Position numbers and translations under genes: made by a program. From Paraspadella gotoi (lineage: Eukaryota > Animalia > Chaetognatha), in NCBI GenBank assembly GCA_051294375.1, contig CM119264.1, positions 16,031,245-16,095,244 on the forward strand: a DNA stretch of 64,000 bases. Reading direction: 5' to 3'. How positions within the stretch are numbered: position 1 is the first letter of the stretch; the number at the start of each line of letters is the position of its first letter. Of this stretch, positions 1 to 12,866 are shown piece after piece. Below the pieces are notes generated by a model that saw only the letters and a list, made by a program, of their open reading frames with translations, searched no databases and was not told the origin of the DNA.

Positions 1-45
1 GAAAACTACCTTGCTCCCAACCATCGCGATGGTTTTTTACTTGAC

Positions 46-2108
46 TTGCAGGATTATTCGATTTTGAGAGCACAACACTCACCTGTAGAAGAAACAATCA
101 GAGTAAACTTTGTAGATCAATTAGACGACCCTTACTACAAGCTGCTGGACAACTATCCAGACCTCTGTACACCCTCCTTCAAACCCAAGGAACCAAAGCA
201 CGGGGTTCGACACTACATCCCCACAGGTCGACCCGTCCAATCCCAAGCCCGCAGACTCGCCCCAGACAAACTCAAGGTAGCGAAGGCCGAGCTCAAAAAG
301 CTCTGCAATTGGGCATTGCCAAGCGCGCCAAAAGCGAGTGGGCCTCACCGTTGCTGGTAGTCAGTAAACACGACGGCGGCTATCGAGTCTATGGTGACTA
401 TCGACGGCTAAATAACATCACAACTGACGATAAGTATCCCGTCAAAACATTGAACAACTTCAATGCAAATCTAGCCGGTAAAAAAGTGTTCAGTAAGATA
501 GACTTACTAAAAGGCTACCATCAAATTCCAGTGGCCGAAGAACATGTCAAAAAAACTGGAGTCATTGCCCCTTCGGCCTTTTTGTCTTTCCCCGCACCCG
601 CTTTGGGTTAAAAAATGCGGGGCAAGATTTCCAAAGACTCATGAATGAAATCTTGGCCGACATACCTCACGTATTCGTCTATATAGACGATATCTTAGTA
701 GCCTCAGCAAACCACATCGAACATGAGCAACATCTCAAAGAGGTCTTCGAGATCTTAAACCAGAATGGCCTTGTAATAAACCGGAAAAAATGCGTTTTCG
801 GTAAATCGTCCCTCGAATTCTTGGGCTATCACGTGGATCAAAATGGAATCGCACCTTTACCAACTCGTATCGAGGCAATCCAGAAAACAACGCCGCCCAC
901 CTCGAGCAAGGAGCTCCAGAGGTTCCTGGGCATGATCAACTATTACAGGCGATTCTTACCCAGGTCGCCCAGCACATGTACCTATTGTTTGAGGCCCTCA
1001 AGAGTAAGCCCAAGATCCTCAAGTGGGACGAGCCATGCCAAGCTGCATTCGAATCCACAAAGGAAGCTTTGTCCAAAGCCGTCATGCTCCACCACCCTCG
1101 AGCAAATGCTCAACTCGCCGTAACAGCCGACGCCTCCAACACAGCGATAGGCGCCATACTCGAGCAGCGAGGCCCAACTGGGTGGGAGCCTTTATCCTTC
1201 TTCTCAGCGAAGCTTCATGCCAACCAGCAGCAGTGGCCTCCTTTCGACAGGGAATTGCTGGCGGCCTTCCGCGCGATTCAACACTTTCGACCGATGATTG
1301 AAGGCCGCAGTTTCACCCTGTATACCGACCACAAATCTCTCGTCCCCGCTCTTGCTAAAAAATCTGAACCACACACTGTCAAACCTATCAGTTGGCGGGC
1401 ATAGCGGAATTCACTACCGATATCTGGCCGGTAAAGCAAACGTGGTCGCCGACGCACTGTCAAAACCAAATGCACAAAAACAAGCCACTCCCCCTTCTCC
1501 ACCTCCCCCTTCACCTGATTCTACTCCGCTCTCATTCTTTCCCTCATTATCCTTACCCAAAAACCAACCCCCACCCCCAATAGTGGCCTCAATTACTAAA
1601 CCAGTGACTGATGACAAACAAAACCAATTCAATATCGTCGTCAACTCCATCCTCCAACACGGCATTGACCTAGAAGCGATGGCTGCCGACCAAGCACTTG
1701 ACGCCGACTTTCAGCGCATTTTCCAGGATGCACAGACAGGTCTACGATTCCGACGCGTCCCAATCGGTGAACAAATAGTAGTCGATGTCAGCAATGGTCC
1801 CATCCGCCCATTATTCATGACGCTGACGAGAACCGCCAACGTCGCCTCCTGCTTGCCAATCTCCGACTCGAAGTGTCTCGCCTCCAACCAACAGCCACGT
1901 CAACACATCGCCAGCCTCAAATTCATATACCTACAAACCTCCGCAACGCCTCAACACGTTTTCGTCCACCGCGGAGGCGTGGACCCGCCACTCAGCGCCA
2001 TATCTGGGCCCATATCGAGTGATTTCACGCAATGAATTAACCTTCAGGATCGAATTGCCCGGCAGAGGAACTGAAAACGTATCTATCTCTCGTTTGAAAC
2101 CTGCGTGA
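46..2108 (+). mobile_element. Degenerate Ty3/gypsy LTR-retrotransposon pol (RT - RNase H - integrase remnant)
   Basis: Consecutive frameshifted ORFs carry RT motifs (WASPLLVV, DYRRLN, FSKIDLLKGYHQIP, YIDDILV, FLGMINYYRRF) and RNase H motifs (TADASN, DRELLA, YTDHKSL, NVVADALS). A GPY/F module (PYLGPYRVISRNELTFRIELPGRGTENVSISRLKPA*) lies at ~1998-2108. The order RT-RH-IN is gypsy-type. No LTR recognised. Confidence 0.95.
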
Positions 2109-2994
2109 ATGGACCGCGACAACTCCTCCGCCTCCGATACGCCCTCCCCGCCTACCTCACCTCGTCCCCCGGGCCGTCCGCCCGGCCGCCGCACGAGAAT
2201 CCCTCCAACATCGACACGAGTACTACGATCGTCGACTCGGGGAAATTCTCAAGCTCCTCCTCCCACTCCGATTCCCTCTCCTCCTCCTCATCCTCCCCCT
2301 CTTCTTCCCCCTCCTTCGTCGACCTTTTCTACGCCTTCTCCAGGCTACGAGATCAGACTTTAATTTTTATTATTTATACTTAGTTTACTTACTCTTGAAT
2401 GCTTTAATTAATTAAATAATTAATTAAGTAAAAAATGATGCAATTTGAAAAAATTATGCATAGTGAAAAAAAATGATGCAAGTTGAAAGAATGATGCAAG
2501 TTGAAAGAATGATGCAAGTTGAAAGAATGATACAAGTTGAAAGAATGATGAATGTGGAAAAAATAGTAATAGTTAACAAAAATTATTTGTACTTTATATG
2601 TAATTATTTTTACTATAGTATTTATTTATTTAGCTGATTACCGGCAGTGGACAGATCCGACATGGTTTGCTCAAACTTGTTGTATATTAAATAAGTTTTT
2701 TTAATTTTTTAAAATGAGTTATATTTTCATTTATCAACATTTGATGAGGAATTAAAATCTGCCATCAAAATTAAGAGGAGTTCATTTTGAAATTTAGGAT
2801 TTTTCAAGAATGGTACTATATATAAATATAGCCAACTGCGAAAATTTATAAATCAATGTTCACTGGTAGTACTTTGTTCATAAATGACCATTACAATTTT
2901 CATACGTGTCTTTAACTACGCTCTATTGTTCAATGAACAATTAACTTGAAAAGGTTAGGGAAACGTCTTCGGCAAAAGCCATGCCGGTTCGATA

Positions 2995-3199
2995 TCAAGA
3001 TCTCACTTCATCTTCGTCCTCTTCAACGACCATAGTATCGAGACAAGATCTCCAAAAAGTCTCAAGCCTCCGATCAATGTTTGCACAAAAAGCTCGAAAA
3101 TCTGCCAAAAATCTTTCAGGAAATACATCCCTGTCGCCGGTTTGGCTCGTACGCCATCGCCGAGAGAGAAGAAAGTTCCAGGCCCAATAGAAGCCAATT
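2995..3199 (-). CDS. Probable terminal exon of the large minus-strand membrane-protein gene
   Basis: GC-richer island after acceptor ccctcag (3206-3200). It reads IGFYWAWNFLLSRRWRTSQTGDRDVFPERFLADFRAFCANIDRRLETFW...EVRS*, starting in phase 2, which matches the phase-2 end of exon 11147-11271. Confidence 0.45.
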
Positions 3200-6100
3200 C
3201 TGAGGGATAATATTATATACAACATTACAAATGCAATGTAATTTTTTTAATTAATTCAATGAAATCTAGAAAGATACCTATTACTCTTTAAATATTTTTA
3301 AAATTGGTTAAATGGGCATTGGGTAAATAACCTTGTTTAACCTTAATTTCTTTCAATGTTATTTTCTGTCAAACTATATAAAATAAAAGGTTTTAACCTA
3401 TTGTATCAATTTGTATTTCAGGCTTACTGAGAATTGGCCTTGGAAAATATTGAAGTCGGTTGATGAAAAGTGTCCGTTTCTTCATCTGTAGTCGATGCTG
3501 GTTCCATCATGGACTGACATAACAATTCAGAAAGTTTTACCTTATTTATACGATAAGAGTAGTTCAAAATTTCAAGTCTTTCAACAATTTCCGTTTTGTA
3601 ATACCGTGTGTCCGTTCGGTTCGTTCGGTCCGTACCGTTATTTTAATATTTACTTGTGTGAAAAAAACTTTTTTAACGATCATCCAATTTTATTTTTTAA
3701 AAATCTTAAGGCCTGGGATCACTGGGCAAAAGTTATAATTAGGATGAAATAAAGCTTGTATTCGTAAAGTAGAGGTCCAGTTAAATCCATTGCTGTTTTT
3801 TGGAATTTTATAATACTATATAAAATAAAATAAACCTTTCGGAAGAGTTGCGGCCCAAACGGCTATGCGGATTTTCATGAAATTTCACATAAATTTACTT
3901 GAGGACAAGGGTCCCAATTCTATGAGAGGGATTTTTCAAATTCACTTATCTTCATAAGAAAAAAAAATAATAAAATTTTGACATTAAATCCTAAATATCT
4001 TGAAAACTAGTAACATTTTCCAAAATCTCTCTCATAGAATTTCTCCCACCTTTCCATACTTATAAAAAATAATTTTAGTTTATTTTTATTTCAAACGGTT
4101 TTAGCTCCAACTCTTTTTGTTTATTTTTTTTTCTGTAGATTTTACAGAACTGAAAGTCGAGCAAAGAACTTTAAAATCGATACGCTTTTCCGATACGCTT
4201 TTCCGAAATCTATTTTCATTTCTAGTTTAAATGATGGCTTTACCGAATTTTAAAGTTTTATCCAAATTTTGTTCAATTTCTTTTTAAAATTTACAAACGG
4301 CTGTGGCTGGGGAAAGCAGTCAGTAAACAAGGAGGAATGCTGCAAAGAGTTTATTTATTTTTTTCTCTGTCTTCGGTCAAGCTTTAACGCCAGTTTTGAA
4401 CCTAGGGAACAGAAACTAAATGTCAAAAGCAGAGCATGAGGCTGGTCCGTCTGTGGAATCTGTGGCAGTCTATGGCACCATTGAGGGTTGTTATCTCAGT
4501 GGACCCAATTTCAGATGCCAGTGGACGAATGTCTTTGAATTTTACAATTTTAAAATTTTTAATCATTCTTTTTTGTAATAAAATGGTAATAGACATCCTT
4601 ATATAGGCGTTCTGCTCTCTCTCTACATAAACATTTATGTTTTCATCATTAATTTATTCTATAACATAATTGGAATGACTTGGTTTTAGTTGCTAGTATT
4701 ACACTGAGGTAGGTGCAGTTAATTGAAAAAAAAAATTGCATTTAAAAATGAGTTTACCTTATTGTAGACGATAATCTCGCTTAAAAAAAATTCAACATTT
4801 TTCTAATAGAGATTTCCGTTAAAATCTGACTACCCAAATTGCAAACGAGATTGCCAGAAATTCGGGTAAAAAACAGTTGTAAAAACACACGATTCCGATA
4901 GCGTTATATCTTAAGAGCTAGCCAAATTCGTCTTATGGCATTTGATAAAGGATTTAATATCAAACAAGCCAGGGGAAATGCACTAGTCATCTCCGGAGAA
5001 TTTTCAAACCTTGTTTTTACTATAGAAATGAACGGGAAATTTTGCTTTTTGAAAATTGTAAATGGGGCTAGGGTATGTTAACATTATAAATATTACTTCA
5101 ATTTATGAGATTTAGAAAGCCTCTTGTCTCAAGAGCTTGCCAAATTTTTCTTTTCATTATTGACCAAACTCTTCATAGTAAACCAACGTGGTAAAGTCCA
5201 TTGGTCTGGTTTGACAACATGAAATTTTTATTTAAGAAGAAATTAAAAGGAAGGTTGAGAGAAAATTTTTTCCTGATATTCCTGATATCTTTTGAAGGAA
5301 CAAAGATACAGGGATGGCAATAGTACCAAAATGAAGCCATAATCATTGGGCACATACAAGTTACAATATTAGAATTATTTTTGCTGAAACCTCTTTACAG
5401 GGTGAGTGTCAAACTATGTCAAAATTATAATGAATTTTAAAACTAATGAAACCCCATAAAAATAAATGAAAATTAATTTTTTTTTAGTGATTCTGAAAAA
5501 AAAAAGACTAAATTGTACTCTAGTAAAACTTTAAAATTTTTTGGATAAAGAAAATATAATTTATATTTAACTTAAATATTTGCTTGACTGATATTACAAG
5601 CATGCTTACAAAATTTTACAAAATATTATTCACCCCATCACAGCCTAAGTATTTATCTTTCTTTTCCACCAGCAAAAAGTAAACATTATTTTATGCTAGA
5701 GAACAGGGATGTTTACTGAAATGAGCCGGAAGACATTCAACTTCTTCACTTTACTGTCATTTTTCAATAATAAAATAGGCGAATTTTTTAATTACTTAAC
5801 TCTCACAAGCTTCACAAGACATTATACTTTCATAATATCTCAATGTTAATGTAATTTATTATATTTTTTACCCAGAAATCATAAAATAACAGGAAGTTGT
5901 GGATTCCCTTCGCTCGTTTAAGAAAAAAAAATTAACTAGCGGAATTAAAGTTTGTAAGAGGAAGTCAGAATTGGCGAAAATCTTAAAAGGGGAAAATGTT
6001 GAAAAAAGGGAGAGGAATTTTGGTTGTTTTTGATCGATTTCTTCTAAACCCATAGGCCAATTTAGACGTAACTTAAGATTTACGTTATTCCAGTCATTCT

Positions 6101-6412
6101 CTATCCAAAAATATAAAAACATTATGAAAAAAGGTTTAGGATCGAGTTTAGGAATTTGGTTCTACTTATTGAATGAAATTTTTAAGGTTTAGTGATGAAA
6201 AAAATTGCCCGATTTTTAGTTGCCTCTTGAAGTTGAACCTCAATAAAATTTAGATTTTTTTTTGAAACGTGAAGGGAATACACTTCCTTTGGCATAATAT
6301 AGATAAATTTTTTTTTGACAGACAAGAAGGTAGACGTCCTGACTGTTTATATCAAGCTGAAAACATTTTTATATTTATCATTTTTAATATTTAAAAAGAC
6401 ATTTTATCAAGC

Positions 6413-7344
6413 TACTATCTAGGAAAAAAGTATATGACATAATTCATTTATTCAATAAAAAGTATATAAAACATGGGTAAAACATTATGATGACATTCTC
6501 AATATTTGGTATACCCTTCCTCGGCATCAATTATTGCCTGCCTTTGTCTGGGTATGCTCTTATACAGCAAATTGAGGTATGACTGTGAAATGTTTTTTAA
6601 CATCTTTAACGCAATTCTGCGCAGCGCCGATATTAATGTTGCGCATCTTTCCCAACGACCAAACCAGACCGAGCGCGAGTCTCGTGTCTCGTCAGCCACG
6701 CATTCATCCTCCTCTTCCTCCTCCCAGCACCCAGGGCTCGAGGCTCACCCAGTTTTCACCTCTTCGACTTCTACTTTTCTCCTCTCTAACTCTACTCCTC
6801 CGATTTTTCCCTCCATTTCTTTTTTGATGTCTTTTTTTTGCCTTCTCAGTAGTACATATATTCTCCCTCATTTTCTGCCTTTTTCTTTACGACTTTGTTA
6901 GTTAGCCCCGAGATATCACCCTGCTCTTACACTACCACTAAAAAATTCCTTAAGAAATCCACTAAAAAATCCTCTCACCCTGAGCTGCTAACCGGGACTT
7001 TTTTTATTTTTTTATTTTTTTTTGACTTTTTTGAGAGCTACAATAATACTTTTTTGAACCAGAAGGAGGTGTAAGGCCTTTAGCATTGCCAAATTTAAAA
7101 AAATATTAAAAAAATAACTAACTCTATTTAAAATAAAAACAAATAACTAAATACCAAAATTTTGAAGTAACAATATTTTTTTGCCTGTAACTTCTAAACG
7201 ATTTGACCTACAAAAAAATAGAAGGAAGCTACTGATAGGAAATTCAATATAGATTCGGAAACGTTCTGATTTTTTTTAAATTAAATAAGTTTTCGAGTAG
7301 ATATCTTTTATTAAAAATGTCATATACTTTTTTCCTAGATAGTA
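6413..7344 (-). mobile_element. Internally deleted Tc1/mariner DNA transposon
   Basis: Perfect 28-nt inverted ends including the TA TSD: TACTATCTAGGAAAAAAGTATATGACAT (6413-6440) and its reverse complement (7317-7344). The typical Tc1 C-terminus KSIPRQRQAIIDAEEGYTKY* ends at 6499. A possible N-terminus (MLKALHLLLVQKSIIVALKK) starts near 7086. The DDE core is absent. Confidence 0.9.
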
Positions 7345-8254
7345 TTAGAACAATTTTTGCTTGTTTTTTACTTTAACTGAAAAATACAAGCAAATTTATA
7401 CAGTATAGAAAATTTAATGGTAATTGGACAAGATTTTACGCCTCGCCACTGTCTCTCTTACCTTTTCCGAGGCCACTTTTCAAATGGGCCAATATTTTTC
7501 GCGGTCATTTAGCTAAAACCCTATTCCGAGAAAGAAATCGTTTTTTACTTTAGTTTCGTTTGAAATCTCTCTAATTTCGTTTCGCCTGGAGGAAATTTCG
7601 TTTTTACTAGTTTTCCGGTGGATTTTTTGATATTAAAGTAAAGTCTAAATATTAAATACGACTTTTTTTCTTAATTCTTCGGCAATACATTAAACATTAA
7701 AACATTTAAACATTTCAACAGGCGATACGCCGACGGTTCAGCTCCGAGAGGCATAGAAAATACAAAAACATTTTCTACAGTAATCATAATGTAATTCAGT
7801 CTTTCCTCTTTCAAATTACAAAAGAAAAACAGAAAAAATTATATGCCTTCATTGAAATTTTTAACGCAAAAGCCTGTTATACTTTTAACTCGTATTTAAA
7901 CAAAAGCTGTGTAAAGATTTATGGATATAATTTAACAAAACTATTTTTGAAATGTGTCCTATGATTAAGGCTTTAATTTGATACCACACCCACCCTGCTA
8001 CCTATTTTTTTTTCAAAAGTTATTGAAAAAAATATTTTTTTTACTACATATCAAAGTATTTTTTGCATTTGGCATATAGTTTGAATTGTTTAAAACTTTT
8101 TAAATTTTGTTTAAGGATAATACTATATCACTCCAAAAAATTAAATAGCATGTGATTTAAAAAAGTTTTTTCTGTTACATACAGAATTTTTAATATCAGT
8201 ATTTTTTTGATTTTATTAAAAATAAGTAAATACGGCAGTCAGTATTACCAAAAA

Positions 8255-8652
8255 AAATCTTAAAAGCAGGATCGTCGAAATCGCATAATAAAAATCTGGA
8301 TTGACGACAAATTTTGATACTAAAAAAATCAAATTTGAGAAAAGAAAATTAATTTAAAAACAGAAAAAAAAAAAGAATAATAAATATAAAACAGTAAAAT
8401 AACTTATTTTCGAGTTTAATTTTTAGCAAGTGCTAAGTCTGGAGAGACATTATTGAAAGTACTTTTGTGAAACTTGAATCAGACTGACGAAGTGAAGTAA
8501 AGACTAAATTGAAGTAAAATAAAATAATAAAATAAATATATATTAAAAAAAATATTATTCTAATTGATATTTAGGAAAAAAATCCACGAAAATCTCGGAT
8601 GTAAATTTGGGAATAAATGGCGATAATAGAAGTTTTTAGAGGGAAAAAATTA

Positions 8653-8687
<35 letters not shown>

Positions 8688-9052
8688 AGCCAAATCATTT
8701 TTAGCAGCAGAGGCACCCAGAAAAAAAGAAAGAAATCAAAAGGCAGCAGCAGAAGCAGCAGGAGAAAAGAGAGAAAAAGAATAAGCCCCTGCAGAGCCAG
8801 CTGCAGACTCGTTTTTTTCCATATGAATCAGTGACTTGGGGAAAAGAGAGAGAGAGACATGTAATTAAAAGAAAAAAGAGAGAGAGAAAGAAATATAAAA
8901 TAAAAGAGAGAAAATTGTTTGCTTTGATAAAAAGTAAACAAAACATATTTAATAACTGTCCAGACTCAATTTTAAGCACATCGTTGATGAGAAGCTGTAT
9001 ATAAATTTTCAGCTTCATACACCCAAATTTAATCATAAAAAAGGCGATCTAT
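8255..9052 (-). mobile_element. Truncated Helentron-associated (HINE/DINE-1-like) element, family A
   Basis: Shares the terminus cttaaaagcaggatcgtcgaaatcgcat and internal blocks (aagcccctgcagagccagctgcag; aaaggcgatctataattt) with 14188-15611 and 30002-30974. Confidence 0.65.
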
Positions 9053-9889
9053 AATTTGTGCGCCAAACTTCGTCAATGGGGTGGGTCAGAAGTTTGATTT
9101 GGGAACCTTTCCAAATGAAACCATACATTTCTGTGAAAACTTTCAATGGAGCAAAATTTTCTAAAATGGCAAGAAGCATTAGTAATTATTTTTTTAATAT
9201 TTATTTATAGATAGGAAATGTCAAAAAATTTTTTTAGAATTTTTATTTTTAAAACAGATTGTGTTTTTTTTTTTTTTTTTCTTTCTGTTTCGTTGTGATT
9301 TGATTTAGAACAAAGTTTGAAGAGAGATTTAAGAGAAATAAAAATCGTTGTTAAATCTCTCTTCAAACTTTGTTCTAAAAGCAGATTCAAATAGCTTATG
9401 AAAAGTTATCTACACAAAGTATAATTCTTTTTCCAATATTTTGATAAGTGGGTTTAAATTGAAAAAAAACTTAAAAAATCATCATCATCATCATCATCCG
9501 ATGATTTTAGCAGTTTTTACTAATTTTTTGTAATAAAACATCAAAATTTTAAAAAGTTGTAATTATATTTTTTGCTTAACTTTTTAAGCTCTATCAGAAT
9601 CAATTAAAAAAACTTAAAATATCCAAAAAAAATTGTTGACATTATATAGTAATATAATAATATTAATTAGCAAATTACTCATGGTTCGAAACATTTTTGC
9701 AAAAAAATATTTTAACACAATAATTAATACCAATAAAAGATTAGTTTAATGCTGTTCCCATTAAAATTTGAATTTGGTGGGCTACCGCTAGCAAAAGCGT
9801 TACAAAAAAAAGATAGAAATTGTTTATTATTATTGTAATAGCTACTTGAGAGAAGTGGCGATTGAGAATAGGAGAGTGGTTCAACCTGA

Positions 9890-10195
9890 ACTATGATAGT
9901 TACTCACTGATATGATGATAGTCATTCACTGATCTTATTCCTTGCTGTGATGGTAGTCATTCCTTGATGTGATGGTAGTCATTCATTGATGCAATGATAG
10001 TCATTCTGTGATGTGATGATAATCATTCATTGACGTGATGATAGTCATTCACTGATGTGATGGTAGTAATTGCTTGATGTGATGGTAGTCATTCCTTGAT
10101 GCGATGATAGTCATTCTCTGATGTGATGATAATCATTCATTAATGCGATGATAGTCATTCATTGATGGGATGATAGTCTTTCATTGATGCGATGA
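9890..10195. repeat. 22-bp minisatellite (consensus ~TGATGATAGTCATTCATTGATG), ~13 copies
   Basis: Tandem units such as tgatggtagtcattccttgatg and cgatgatagtcattcattgatg are directly visible. Related degenerate copies occur at ~12595-12740, 44040-44990, 48440-48490 and 61830-61880. Confidence 0.9.
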
Positions 10196-10447
10196 ATCAT
10201 GTATGAGTGAGAGAGAAAGAGAGAAGGAAAGAGAAAAAGAAAAAACATCGTTTTTAGACGAATCAGAAGAAGCAGCGCCTGACAAAAGAAAGAAATATAT
10301 ATATAATTTAAAGAAATAAAAAAAATGTCACAACTGTTTACAATAGGAAATTGTTATAATTTTTTCAATTGGAAGTTGTAGAAGTGTATTTTTTTATTTA
10401 TATTTAAATTTAGATATAGATTATCATCAAAAAAGTCTTTTAAGTCA

Positions 10448-10631
10448 CATGTTTCATATTGATTCAAGTATTTTTGTATGAATTTTCTCTTCAATATGAT
10501 TTATTGCAATATGCAAATTAGAATATTCTATACACAAATTTTCATATTATAGAAAATAATTTGCATATTGCAGTAAATCATAATGAGAAGGAAATTCAAA
10601 CAAAAAATACTTGAATAAATCAGAAACATGA
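10448..10631. repeat. Imperfect inverted repeat (~70-bp arms, ~36-bp spacer), foldback/MITE-like
   Basis: catgtttc...gatttattgcaatatgcaaatta (10448-10520) pairs with taatttgcatattgcagtaaatc...gaaacatg (10557-10630). Confidence 0.75.
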
Positions 10632-11146
10632 CAATTGCAAAGATCTTAAAGATGAAGCCATATCAAAATTTTTAACTTATTATGGTCGCACACTTTTCTA
10701 AAAATCCATCGTGATTCGTAGTGGTTTTTATTTAAAAAAAAAATTGTAAGCCCCAGTCAAAAATATATAAGAAAAAAGCAATAAGCTTAAGCTTAAGCCC
10801 GTCAAGCGAGATAAAAATGTTTTATCTTCTATCTTTTACCTTCTTTACCACTGATGACGATATAGAAAATACCAAAATTTTTTATTTTTTTCGCTTCTAG
10901 CACAGTATTTCCAATTATTTTTAAAAAGATAATTATACTTCCTGTGCTTTTGATGTTTAAAGTAATTTGAATTTATTTTACATTTAAAAGTTAGTATAAT
11001 GACTAGGAAACATGGAACAAGGTTTTGCCAGATCTTGCCAAGCTCTTTCCAGAAATAATTACGTCATACTAAACTTAACAACAAAACCACGTTTAAAAAT
11101 AGGGGAAGGTTTTATTTTTCCTTTGTTACTAAAAAAATTATCTTGC

Positions 11147-11271
11147 CTTTTTTTCGTCTTTATAGATGTGTTCGAGCGCATCTACGGGATAGACGGGAAT
11201 TGCAGAAAAAAATCCTCCAGTAGTATGAACATATCGCCATGAAGGAAATGTATCCGGGATAGAACCTTCCC
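11147..11271 (-). CDS. Candidate small internal exon of the large minus-strand gene
   Basis: Acceptor ttttttaag, phase-0 start GKVLSRIHFLHGDMFILLEDFFLQFPSIP, length 125 nt, GC-type donor AG|GCAAGA. It bridges the phase-0 donor at 15662 to the phase-2 acceptor at 3199, but contains one in-frame TAG (sequence error or lesion). Confidence 0.35.
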
Positions 11272-11764
11272 CTTAAAAAAATCAGGGTATATCCATTAAG
11301 GTAGGACAAAATATAACACTTAATTCAATATCAAGTTCTCTCAAATAATTTTTTTTGGTTTGAACTATTAAAATGATTTATAATTTAACTTTCTGAATAC
11401 TTCATTTGGTTGTTATACAAACATCTTGGAAAATGAATAAGTCGCCGAAAATTGTTTTAGTTTCGGCAACTTTTGTAGCTTCTAATTTTAAGTTCGAAAA
11501 AAATAATGTATATTTAAACAAGTTTGAGCAAATAATTTTCAAAAAAGGTAAATTCGGTTTGTTTTATAAAAAAACAAGTTTGAGCAAACAATGTCGGATC
11601 TGCCTACGATAATTAATTAATAGATTAATTAATTAATTAATAGATAATTAATAATTTTAATAATTAATTATAATTTATATTCAGCTTGTCATCATCGATG
11701 TCCTTAAAATTGAGTCAGTTTATTAAATATTTGTTTACTTTTATCAAAACAAACAATATCCTCT

Positions 11765-12866
11765 ATTATCGAGCCAGGCGGGCAAAGCCCGTCCTGGCTA
11801 GATTTTGATTCGGTTTAGCTTTCGGTCACGCTTTTTTGCAATCATGGCTTCTGAAAGTGTTGAAATTTCATATATGGCTTCTAAGATCAAGATCTTTAAA
11901 ATTCTCATGTTTCATATCAAATATTCGTATTTGTTTATGTTTTATTTACAAAACAAAAACGTTTTATATTAATGTCGCTCTCCTCTCTCTCTTTCTTTTA
12001 AATATATGTCGCTCTCTCTCTCTCTCTCTTTTTTTCCCGTCACTGCTTCTTCTGATTTGTCTAAAAAACGAGTTCCGGCTCTGCAGCGTCTGTCCAGCTT
12101 CTTTCTCTCTCTCTCTCTCTCTTTTTTTTTTTACAAAAAATATTTTAGATATAATGTGGGCTCACTAATGTAAAAAACGATGCCGCGAACAGGGTGCGAA
12201 CCCGGGTCCTTTGGGTAGAGAAGAGCTCACGCTGCGTCCGGCGCCATAGGTACTGCTGATTCTTTAACGAGTAAAGGGGGCTGTAGAGCTTCTCTCTCTC
12301 TCTTTTAATTATTATATATCGCTCTTTCTCTCTCTCTTTTTTCTCTGCAGCGGCTGTCTCTCTCTCTCTTTCTCTCTCTGTGTGTCTGTCCCTCTCTGTC
12401 CGACTCTTTGCGTGATCGTTTGTTTTTTGAAAAATTCTGATTATTTTTTTCCTTCTAAAAACTTTTTTATTATTACCATTTATTCCGCGCTTTTTTTTAA
12501 TACAAAATCCCATTTTTCATCCGAGATTTTCGTGGATATTATTCTCTCTCTCTCTCTCTCTTTCACTCATACACGCATTTGTTTGTTTTATTGACTATCA
12601 ATCATGCATACATGAATGACAATCATCGCATCAGTGAATGACTATCATCACATGAAGTAGTGACATTGATCTCATTCGATCAAAATTTATTCATTGAATC
12701 AATATATCAATTCCTATTACATCAATAAATTACTATTCTCATTCAATAGTATTATTATCGTTCTCATGATTATTTCGTCTTATCTGATTATTCTTGTTTT
12801 TTCCGTTTTTTCATTAATTTTCTGTTGATAGTGGGCTTGCGCTCGATCTTGAGTCTTTTAAGATTT
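11765..12866 (+). mobile_element. HINE-like element (family B) nested inside a family-A-like element
   Basis: 5' hairpin atcgagccaggcgggc-aaa-gcccgtcctggctagat (11768-11803). The 3' subterminal inverted copy gcgctcgat is followed by cttgagtcttttaagatttt, the same end architecture as family A. A family-A end (gcgacgatccttatgcttttaagatttt) follows at ~12975-13000. Confidence 0.6.
12180..12255 (-). other. tRNA-derived (Pol III promoter-like) fragment
   Basis: The minus strand reads tatggcgccggacg...ggacccgggttcgcaccctg: a B-box/T-arm-like GGGTTCGCACCC with a weak A-box upstream. No convincing cloverleaf. Confidence 0.4.

Noticed and set aside
9890-10195. Regular short repeats as a possible CRISPR array
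   Set aside because: The units are contiguous with no unique spacers, there are no cas genes, and the context is eukaryotic.
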